The position numbers and the translations under genes were made by a program. Under the pieces are notes generated by a model, which searched no databases, was not told the origin of the DNA, and saw only the letters and a list, made by a program, of their open reading frames with translations. A stretch of DNA of 64,000 nt, taken from assembly GCA_043228905.1 (NCBI GenBank), contig JBHGNT010000021.1, forward strand, positions 4,588,001-4,652,000, given 5' to 3'. Within the stretch, counting starts at the first letter, position 1, and every line of letters begins with the position of its first letter. The stretch comes from Azolla caroliniana (lineage: Eukaryota > Plantae > Polypodiophyta). This document shows, piece after piece, positions 28,838 to 39,300 of this stretch.

Positions 28838-31800
28838 AGAGGGCTGCCAAGGCGTGGGGCCGAGACAGCCTGGACACTCGGAAAAGACCCCACGACTGTA
28901 CGATAGGTGGGAAATTTTGCTTCTCCAACAACGGAGGGTGTATGGTAGTCGGCATCGTCGGCCGAGAAAGGACAAGGGCGGAAGTGCGACTTCGAGCGTG
29001 CGGAGTTCTCGGCCCGAACGAGGAAATCAGCGGAGCCGTGGAGGCGGTCTCCTTCGACGACACCTTGGGAATGCTGAGGAAGGTAGCCGGAGAAGACCTT
29101 AGCGAAGACCGGACGATACCGGTATGTTCCGAAGAGATGTACGAAATCATCGCGAACTTCAGTCGGGGGCTCGGGTCGGATCGGACGGCCCGAGTTAGCA
29201 CGAAGTACAAGACTGTGGACCGGAAGGTAAGGCAAGTCGCGGCACCCTTGCCGGAGGGCAGCGAGTCCCGAATCAGAGGGGTTGCGTCGGACCCCAGTTT
29301 ACGAGATCCGGCCTGCATAGGACACACCTTCACTGACGGGATGCTCCGGGAGCTCAAGATCGGTGGGGGCAGGTTCCTACTGCCGGCGGAGGAAGACCGG
29401 TTTCGGAGAATGCTCGGAAGGCACGGGAAAGCCTTCGCATTTTCACCAGAAGAGATAGGGTGCGTAGACCCGACGATTGTGGAGCTGATGGTGATATTCA
29501 CGGTACCACATGTGCCGTGGAATCTCAAGCCGATTCCAGTACCGAGAGCTCACATCCCGGAGTTGATGGAGTTATTGAGGCAAAAAGTCGATATGGGCAT
29601 TCTCGAACCGTCGAGTGCCCCATACTTGAACCGATGGTTTACCGTACCAAAGAAAAACGGGACATTGCGTTTCATTCAGGACCTGCAGCCGGTCAACAGA
29701 GTGACCATTCGGAACGCAGGAATCGGACCGACCATAGACGAGTTCGCAGAGGCCTTCGCCGGAAGGTCGATTTACTCGGTCGGTGATCTGTACTCGGGGC
29801 ACGACCAGTTCCAGCTAGCCGTGGAGAGCAGAGACATTACGACGATGCGAACTCCCCTCGACCTGGTGCGAATGTGTACCCTGCCATAAGGAGGGACCAA
29901 CTCGGTGGCCCACATGGTGAATGCAATGAACAAGGTACTGAGGGATTGCATCCTGGACATCACCATGCCGTTTCTAGAAGACATCCCGATCAAGGGGTGC
30001 CCGGTGGAAGAGAAGGACGAGACAGTCGGGCCGGACGGATGCCGGCGATTCGTGGCGACACACATTGACGACTGCGAGAAGGTGCTACAAAGGGTAGAGG
30101 ATGCGAGGCTCACCTTCTCCGGGGAGAAATCGGCCTTCGGGCAACCGGAAATCCTGGTGGTCGGACACCTATGTGGACCATATGGCCGGAAGCCGTGTCC
30201 GGCAAAGGTAGAAGCCATCTCCGCGATGAAGACCGACTGTAGCTCGGTTACAGAAGTTCAAAGGTTCCTGGGGGCATGCGTGTTCTACCACATATGGATC
30301 CCGCATTACGCCCACGTTGCGGAGCCGCTATACGGGTTGCTGAAGAAAGGGCGAAAATTCGAGTGGCGAGACGAGCACACGGAGTCGGTCCGGAAGCTGA
30401 AGGAAGCTCTTGCGGCAACACCGGTGCTCCGGAAGGCTGTCTACGAGAAGGGTACCCCGGTATACATAACGGTGGATACCAGTCCGACCGGGATCGGATG
30501 GGTCGTCAACCAAGAAGACGAGGACGACATTCGGTTCCCGATCCGATTCGGCGCGAAGGTCCTCAGCGAGTGACAACGAGGGTACGCCCAGGTTAAACGC
30601 GAACTCTGGGGTATCGTTTCGGCAGTAAAGGCCGACAAAGACTACCTGATCGGGAGAGAAGTGATTATCGAGACGGATTGCCTGCCAATTCTCGGCATGG
30701 TTTCCGGATGCGCGACACCGGACCTGGCGATGCTCAGGTGGATAGCGTACATCAAGTCCCTGGACCCGGAAATACGGCACATTTCCGGAAAGGACAACGC
30801 CATGGCCGACATGCTTTCGAGGGCGAGGTTTCATGACGAGGGCGGCATGGTTTCGGAGGACGAAGAAGTCGGCGTAGACTTCTTCGAGGCAGCGTACGTG
30901 ACAACCAATGGGACGAGCGCTCCGGCACTTAACGACTTCGACGAGAGCAAGTACGACGGCGAGTGGCTCTAGATCGGTGGATTTTTGAGGACGATGACGC
31001 CGGATGCGTCGTGGACGAAGGACGAGGCCAACCGGATCCGGAAGAAAGCTTACTGATTCTTTCTCCGGGACGGATACTTATGGAAGCACCCGAAGAAGAG
31101 GAACGACGTCCCGCTCCGGGTGGTGGCGACGAAGGAAGAACAGGAGGAGCTGCTGACGGCCTACCACGACAGCCCTTGGGCCGGACATCGTGGAACGTGG
31201 GCCACGTTCGAGAAGATAAAGGGGAAGTACTGGTGGCCGGGACTGTACCGGGACGTGCATTGGTTCGTGACAACTTGCGAGAGCTGTCAGATGCACTCCA
31301 TAGTCCGACATCGGGACGAGCTTCACCCTACGTACCCTCCGACCATCCACTTCAAATGGATGGTAGACCTGGTGACGATGCCGATGGGAGTAGGACAGAT
31401 GCGGTATCTAGTCCTGGCTCGGGAAGATCTGACGAACCAGGTGGAAGGCCGAGCCCTTCAGAACAAAACGACCACGGCCGTATGTCGGTTCCTAATTGAG
31501 GACGTGATATGCCGGTACGGGTGCGTCGGGAAGATCGTGGCTGATCGCGGGGAGTTGGACGCCGAAGAGGCCGAGGAGCTGTTCGACCGCCTAGGAGTCA
31601 AGCTCTCGCTTACCACTGCGTACAATCCGGAGGCGAATGGGAAGGTGGAGCACGGACACGGACCGATCGTCAAGGCGTTAGTTCGGGCATGTGGGGGGCA
31701 AGTCGGGAACTGGCCGCGACTGCTGCCTTACACGTTGTGGGCTGACCGAACTACGCACAGTTCGGTAACCGGATTCATGCCGGTAGAGCTGATGTTTGGG

Positions 31801-32301
31801 CAGAAGCCGATCATGCCGATGGAATGTACGATCTCCTCATGGGCAACCGTGGACTGGAGAGTCGAGATGAGCCGGGAGGAACTGTTGACGGCGTGCATAT
31901 GGCAGCTCGAGCGAAGACCGGAGGACGTAGAGCGCGCTACGGAAAAGCTTCGGGTGGCAAGGATGAGGAACAAAGCCCGGTTCGACCGAACGCACCGGCT
32001 CCGACCGAAGAAGATCGAGGAAGACGACTGGGTGCTAGTCTACGACAGCAGCCTCGACAACCAGCACCGAGCAACACGGAAGTTCGCAAGAAGGTGGTTC
32101 GGGCCTTACGTGGTACAAAGCGCCAACGACAACGGGACGTACCATCTGGCGGAGCTCGACGGCATGAGAATGGTGATACCGGTAGCTGGGAAACGGATCA
32201 AAGCATTCAAGAAGCGTCACGACGACGAGCCGGATCCGGATAACCTGGACCGGGACGACGAACGATCCGAAACCGAAGAAGAACCGACGGGCGGGGAATA
32301 A
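28834..32301 (+). pseudogene. Element A pol (RT, RNase H, integrase) in the -1 frame, with 4 premature stops
   Basis: One frame with stops at 29887, 30571, 30970 and 31054; RT GDLYSG..GGTNS..FLED (FLDD in B and D); RNase H VDTSP; integrase HHCC (H..GHRG..CESCQ), catalytic core and GPY motif. Confidence 0.9.
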
Positions 32302-33046
32302 AGGCTGGACCAGTTTTCTCCGTCCCAACTCAATTCGGCGCATACCGGTGGATGCGCGGTTAGGTGGGGGCGGATGTCGTGAAGAAAACCGTCCACAAGC
32401 GGAATCGGTGGATCGGAGCGTAGGAACGGGCTCTTCATACACGTGCGCCTTATGTTGTACATAGAAGATCCTCGGTAGGTAGGAAGTTAATAGGAAACGG
32501 CTCCTTCCTTGCCTATAAAAGGAGGGAGACAAGGAGGGGAGAGGGATCGGGAAGTAAGGGAGGATGAAGTGCTGTCGGATTGTGGGCCGAAGGCTTCTCT
32601 CTCTTCCAAACTCCATAGCTTCTTTCTGTGCAGGTTTCGGGAGGCTCGCGCTGCTCTGAGGAATGCCCGAGTGCTTCTGGCAGCACCTCCAACCTACTTC
32701 TTCCTTTCTGTACGTTTACGAACAGGCATCGGCATCTGTTCGCCGGCTTGCTCGGTTGTAACCGACTTCGTGCTTGTTGTTTGTCTTTTTTATATATATT
32801 TCGACATACATTCGTGTCTCTCTGTGTCGCTGTCGCACTCGCGTCTCTGTGTCGAAGGGCCATGTCCCTGTGAATCTACGCTCGCACCTTGTGGGTCTCT
32901 TCCCCTCTCCTTTTCTCTCTTGCTCTTCGGTACAGGACCCCCGAGGTCCCGCCTCATTCCACGCATCCGCGAGGGATACCTCAACAACGTATCATTGCAT
33001 GTTGCGTAATCGATCAATTGCGTATAGTGTGTGTGTCGCTCGCAGT

Positions 33047-34400
33047 ACTCCCCCTCAAGCTTGGCAATGTGGATGTTGTGAGATCAAGATCTAATGCGAA
33101 TTTCCTGAGCTTGTCGATTCCTAAGGCCTTCGTAAAAATATCAGCAACCTGGAGGTGCATACTGATATGTTGTAGATTGATTACGCCGCCCTATGCGCAC
33201 TCGCCGATGAAGTGGTAGTGCACTTCGATATGCTTAGTACGCGTGTGAAATACGGGGTTTCGCGCCAAGTAGATGCTGCTCATGTTGTCGCAGTATAGGC
33301 AAATAAGATCTTTGATGGGTACACCCAGATTCTTCAGAATACGCTTGAGCCATACGGCTTCGCATGCGGCGACTGCCACGCCCTTGTATTCGGCTTCCAT
33401 GCTCAACAGTGCGACTGTCGACTGCTTCTTAGTGCTCTAGGAGATCGCTCTGTTACCAAGGGAGAAGACGAATCCGGATGTGGAACGTCTATCCTCTTTG
33501 TATCCTACCCAGTCCGCGTCTATGTATCCTTCGAGTCGAATGGTCGTATTTGACTGATACATAATGCCGTAATCCATCATCGTACTGACATATCGGAGAA
33601 TCCTCTTAGTGCAATCGAGATGAAAGTTTCGTGGATTCTGCATGAATTTACTAAGTAGGCCGACCGAATAACTGAGGTCGGGTCGCGTAATGGTGAGATA
33701 GATTAAGTTGCCGATCAATTGACGATACTAAGTTGAATCACACTAGGTTGTGCCGGAATCGGCATCAATCTTGAGATTACGATCGAGAGGGGTAGACACA
33801 GGTTTGTAGTCGGTCATTCCGAACTTGTATAGAAGGTTGAGAATGTAGTGCCGTTGAGAAATCATTATTCCGACTAGTGTCCAAATTACTTCAATGCCAA
33901 GGAAGTAATGGAGCTCGTGCAGGTCTTTCATTTCGAATATACCGGAAAGAAGTGATTTGGCCTTGTTAATCTCGGTGAGATCCTTTCCTCCGAAGACCAA
34001 ATCATCCACGTAAAGGATAATGACAATCTAGCTATCCGACTGGTTTCGGATGTACCGAGAAGTATCGGATTTTGATTTTCGAAATCCGATCTGATGAAGA
34101 TACTGCGTGATCTTCGAGTGCCATGCACGTGGTCATTGTTTGAGGCCGTAGAGAGGCTACTTGAGTCGGCACACGACGTTCAGATGATTACGTGATTCAA
34201 AACCGGGTGGTTGGATCATGTACACCTCTTCCAATTCGCCTTGAAGAAAGGCGTTCTTGATGTCCATCTAGTGGAGGTGTCACCCTTTTGCTGCCGTGAT
34301 TGCAATTACAGTTCGCAAAGTTATCATCTTTGCCACCGGGGCAAAGGTCTCTTCGTAGTCTACGCCATGTGTTTGCGTGTATCCTTTCGTAATGAGCCAT
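33047..34400 (-). pseudogene. Copia F reverse transcriptase/RNase H remnant
   Basis: GYTQTHGVDYEETFAPVAKM, YVDDL, MKDLHELHYFLGIEV, YLTITRPDL, DRRSTSG, KHIEVHYHF; stops and frameshifts. Confidence 0.9.
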
Positions 34401-36336
34401 TGTCGTGAAAATACGACGAGGATATGTGAACTTGAGGCAGGACCCCGGGGCCTCTGACCAGAGGATATCTAATTCGTATGTTTATATTAAACAATTAATA
34501 AAAATAAGAAAGATTAACAAATTTCATTAACAAATAGAAAGAAAGATTACAATCAATCCCAAGATTGGGATTACAAAAGTTTAGTTTATGGAGATTACTA
34601 GAATAATAGATTAAAAGAAACTAAATATGGATTCAATAGAAAATTAGGGTTTTTTGGCTTTGATAAGAGATTATGGTTTATGAGTTCAATAGCTTCCGTA
34701 TGGAAAATTTTGGAATTATGAGAGATATAGCTTCCGTAGGGAAAATTAGAATTAGGTTATATGAGAGATATGGCTTCCATAAGATAAGGGAGCTAAGAAG
34801 GAAAAAAAAATAAAAATATGGAAAGAGAGTATGAGTGTCGGAAAAAAATGGAATTTTGTCTGGAGTTCTCCATTGATCATAGCCTTCAATGTTACTTGCA
34901 TGTCCACTTTTAGTCACATGGCCTCTACGTTTAGTTGCATCCATTTTTAGTTGCATGCAACCGTCCACATGACCTTTACTTTAGTTTTCTTTACTTTACT
35001 TTAATTAGCCACATGATCCTATCATCTATCCGTCTCAATCGCTGCCCATCCAATTCGTCTGGTTTGTGTCCAACCTCATCCGGTCGCTGGTTCCATTCGG
35101 TCACAAGTTCCCGGTTGCCGACTCCGCCCGGTTTCTAGCTCCATCCGATTGCCGATTTCGCTTGTTCCAATTTGCTTACCAGCCGGTTCTAGTTTGCTTC
35201 CCGACCGGTTCTGGTTTGCTTTCCGGCCGGTTCCAGTTTGCTTACCAACCGGTTCCGATTTGCTTTCCGGCCGGTTCCGGTTTGCTTACCGGCCGGTTCC
35301 GATTTGCTTTCTGGCCGGTTCCAGATTGCTTACTGACCGGTTCCGGATTGCTTTCCAGCCGGTTCCGGTTTGCTTTCCGACCGGTTCGGGTTTTGCTTAT
35401 CAGCCGGTTCCAGATTGCTTACCGACCGGTTCCGGTTTGGTTTTTTGGTAACTTGGCCACATTCATCCATCTAGACAAAGTGGCCAAAGTGCTCTTAGCA
35501 CAAATAAAAAATGAGGGATCTCAATGTGGTTATATAGCCAAAGTTTCCTATCTATGTGGGATAAATCATATTTCTATTTTCCCTATCTTCTCAAACTTTA
35601 TGTTCTCATAACTTCCATTTTGTATCTAGTGAAATGCGTTTTAAAGCTCTTGAGTACATCCATCTTTCTATTACAAGCTACTAATCTAATCAAAAATAAT
35701 TATTTCATTATGTTTTTACATAGTTTTCATATCGTGTGTGAAAAACCACACGATATTCACCCCCACCAAACCTGCACATCCACTGGTATGTGCCAATTTT
35801 GGTGAGGCTCCTCTTTTGATTACTTTACTTTTTCATCGATGTACCCGAACTGCCATTGCCATCCGATCCACCATATTCTTCGTTCAGTCTTTGCATTTCT
35901 ATGACCGATTGTCATGGCTCTCTTTGCTCCTCTAGAGCATAATGCTTTGCTCATTATGCATGTGCCACCTTCATCTCGGCCATCTCCTTGGTCATCTAAT
36001 TTTCTTTTATCATTCTTTCTTGTTCCATGCATGCCTTTCGAAGGCCTTATCGAAATACTATTCTTGAGTACTCATAGCAATTTGTTCTTTAGCGGCATGC
36101 TATCCTCTAGGTCCTTAAGTGACCACATTGCCTGCTTCCCACTTTGTCCACTTTTGTGGTATACTCTCGTCTTGGAGTTGACTGACTTCTACACTAGTAT
36201 TATCCTTGTTAGATTTTGTGATCACATCTTTCATATCCGCTTGGCCCACTTGGCCCATATCTTTGCTTGGTCTCTTTGTCGCACACATTAGCTTTTGTCT
36301 TCATGCTTTGCTTGACCTCTTTGTCGCACATATGGA
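34401..36336 (-). mobile_element. E: 3' portion of a Gypsy element related to A-D; long 3' LTR (34401-35755) plus 3' internal region
   Basis: Starts TGTCGTGAA exactly where the Copia RT breaks off; on the minus strand 35756-35810 reproduces the pre-LTR motif of A and C (GCACAT-N8-ATGTGC..GGTTTGGTGGGGGTGAA). Confidence 0.7.
35150..35440. repeat. ~22-bp minisatellite (CCGGTTCCRRTTTGCTTWCCRR-like), about 13 copies, inside the E LTR
   Basis: CCGGTTC recurs every ~22 nt with no unique spacers. Confidence 0.9.
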
Positions 36337-39300
36337 CCACTGGTACCGCTATTCGTGTCCCGTCGAGCTCCGCGAGATGGTAAGTGCCATTGTCGTTTGC
36401 ACTCGTTACGACGTAGGGCCCGAACAACCTCCTCGCAAACTTCCGTGTCGGCTTGTGTTGATTGTCGAGGTTGCTATCGTAAACCAGCACCCAGTTGCCT
36501 TCCTCGATCTTCTTCGGCTGTAGCCAGTGCGTTCGGTCGAACTAGCCCTTGTTCCTCGCCCTCGCCGCGTGCAGCTTCGCCTTAGCCCATTCCACGTCCT
36601 CCGGTCTTTTCTCGAGGTGTCGAATCTGCGCTGCCAACAGCTCCTCCCAGCTCATCTCGTCCTTCCACTCCACCATGGCCCAGGAAGAAATTGTCTGCTC
36701 CACCGACATGATCGGCTTCTGCCCGTACATCAGCTCCGCTGACATGAAACCGGTCACCGAACTGTGCGTAGTTCGGTCCGCCCATAGTGTGTAAGGTAGG
36801 AGCCGCAACCAAATCCCGACTTGTCCTTCACATGCGCGTACTAATGCCTTCACGATTGGCCCGTGCCCACACTCTACCTTCCCATTTGCCTCCGGATTAT
36901 ACGTCGTAGTAAGAGAGAGTTTAACCCCTAATCGGTGGAACAACTCTTTGACTTCCTTCGCATCCACCTCTCCTCAGTCAGCTACTATTTCCATATGCAC
37001 CCGTACCGACATACCACCTCTTCGATTAGGAACTGGCACACAACCGTGGTCGTCTTGTTCTGTAGTGCACAACCCTCCACCTGATTCGTCACGTCCTCTC
37101 GTGCAAGCACCAGGTACTGCATCTGCCCTACCCCCATCGGCATCGTCACTAAGTCTACCATCCACTTGAAATGAACCGTCGGCGGGTAGGCTCGTCTCGA
37201 TGTCGGATCGCGGAGTGCATCTGACAGCTCTCACACGTTACGAATCAGTGCATGTTCCGGTACAACCCCGACCACCAATACTTCTCCTTCAACTTCTCGA
37301 ACGTGCCCCATGTCCCGCGATGTCCGGCCTAGGGACTCTCGTGGTACACCGTTAGCAACATCTCTCACTCTCCCTTTCCTGCCACTACGCGGACTGGGAC
37401 GCCGCCTGGCCTCTTCGGGTGCCTCCATATGTTCCCGTCCCGCAGGAAGAATCGGTGCGCCTTCTTTCGTATCTGGTTAGCCTCTTCCCTCATCCATGCA
37501 GTGTCCAACGTCATCATTTTCAAGAACCTCCTGAGCTGGAGCCACTCCTCGTCGTACTCGCCCTTGTTGAAATCATTAAGTGCCGGAGTGCTCCCTGCCC
37601 TCGTCGTCACGTAAGTTGACTTGAAGAGGTCTACGCTGACTTCCTCGTCCTTTGATACCATGCCGTCCTCGTCGTCGAATCGTGCTCTCGAAAGCATGTC
37701 GTCCATGGCGTTGTCTTTCCCGAAAATGTGTCGTATTTTCGGATTCAGGGACTTGATGTACACTATCCTGTACACGATTCACGATCCACGATTCACCTGA
37801 GCATTTCCAGGTCCGGCATCGCGCATCCTGAAACCATACCGAAGATCGGTAGGCAGTCCGTCTCGATTATTACCTCCGTCCCGATCAAGTAGTCTTTATC
37901 GGCCTTGACTGCCAAAACGATACCCCAGAGTTTGCGTTTAACTTGGGCATATCCCCGCTGCCGCTCACTCAACACCTTCACTCCGAATCAGATGGGACGC
38001 CTTGCGCCACACTTGTCCTCTTGGTTGATCACCCAGCCTATCCTGGTCGGGCTCGGGTCTACCGTTACGTAGATTGGAACATCCTTGCCGTAAACCGCCT
38101 TCCGAAGTGCTGGCGCCGCGGTTAACGCCTCCTTCAATCTACGAACTGACTCTGCATGCTCCTTGCCCCACTCGAATTTATGCCCCTTCTTCAGCAACCC
38201 ATAGAGCAGCTCTGCGTGTAATGCGGAACCCATACGTGGTAGAACGTGCATGTGCCCAGGAACCTCCGCACTTCCGTAACCGACTTGCATTCTTCCTTCA
38301 TTACGGAGATGGCTTCTACCTTCGCCGGAGACAGTTTCCGGCCTTAAGGCCTGCACAAGTGTCCGACCACTAGGATCTCCGGCTGCCCGAAAGCCGACTT
38401 CTCTCCGGAGAAGGTGAGCAACACATCCTCTAGCCTTTGCAGCACCTTCTTGCAGTCGCCGATGTGGTCCACAATGAATCACAGGAAACCATCCAGCCCA
38501 AGCGATTCGTTTTTATCTTCCATCGGACACCCCTTTATCGGGATGTCATCCAAGAACGGCATGGTAATGTTCGGGATGCAGTCCCTCAGCACCTTGTTCA
38601 TCGCATTCACCATGTGCGCAACCGAGTTGGTCCCTCCTTGCGGTAGGGTACACATCTGCAGTAGGCCGAGAGGAGTCCGCATCATCGTGATATCCCTGCT
38701 CTCCACGACTAGTTGGAATTGATCGTACCCTGAGTACAGATCCTTGACTGAATAGATCGACCTTCCAGCGAAGGCCTCCGCAAACTCGTCAATGGTCGAA
38801 CCGATACCTACGTTCTGAATGTTCACCTTGTTGACCGGTTGTAGGTCCTGAATAAAGTGCAACGTGGTTTAGGTCCTAAATAAAGCGCAACGTTGGAATT
38901 GATCGTATCTCGAGTACAGATCCTTGACTGAATAGATCGACCTTCCAGCGAAGGCCTCCGCAAACTCGTCAATGGTCGAACTGATACCTACGTTCTGAAT
39001 GGTGACCTTGTTGACTAGCTGTAGGTCCTGAATAAAGAGCAATGTGCCGTTCTTCTTCGGCACGGTAACCACTGATTCGAATATGGGGCGCTCGATGGTT
39101 CCAGGATGCCCATCTCCACCTTCTGCTTCAGCAGCTCCATCAACTTCGGGATGTGAGCTCTGGGTACCGGAATCGGCTTGAGATTCCACGGCACATGCGG
39201 TACCGTGAAGATAACCATTGGCTCAATGATCGTCGGGTCTACGCACCTGATTTCCTCCGGTGAGAATGTGAAGGCCTTCCCGTACCTTCCGAGCATTGTC

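Larger units (their letters stand above)
26057..32986 (+). mobile_element. A: full-length non-chromoviral Gypsy element, tRNA-Trp primed
   Basis: LTRs 26057-26667 and 32375-32986 (about a dozen differences by eye); 4-bp TSD ACGT at 26053-26056 and 32987-32990; PBS 26671-26688; G-rich PPT 32358-32374; order Gag-PR-RT-RNaseH-INT. Confidence 0.95.

Noticed and set aside
28734-29528. Long antisense ORFs opposite pol (264 aa here; 280 aa at 61371-62213; others)
   Set aside because: Expected shadow frames of GC-rich coding sequence; no recognisable domain, and the equivalent frame in B is broken.
30571-30573. Same in-frame TGA in the RNase H of A (30571) and D (63256), suggesting programmed readthrough
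   Set aside because: B has CGG and C has CGA at this codon; parallel CpG deamination of CGA explains it, and the context does not match CARYYA.
35150-35440. Regularly spaced repeats here and at 45047-45158 resembling a CRISPR array
   Set aside because: Units are directly tandem with no unique spacers, lie inside LTRs of eukaryotic DNA, and no cas genes are present.
35066-35611. 181-aa repetitive ORF, possible env-like or accessory gene
   Set aside because: Arises from the stop-free 22-bp minisatellite, whose period is not a multiple of 3, inside an LTR.
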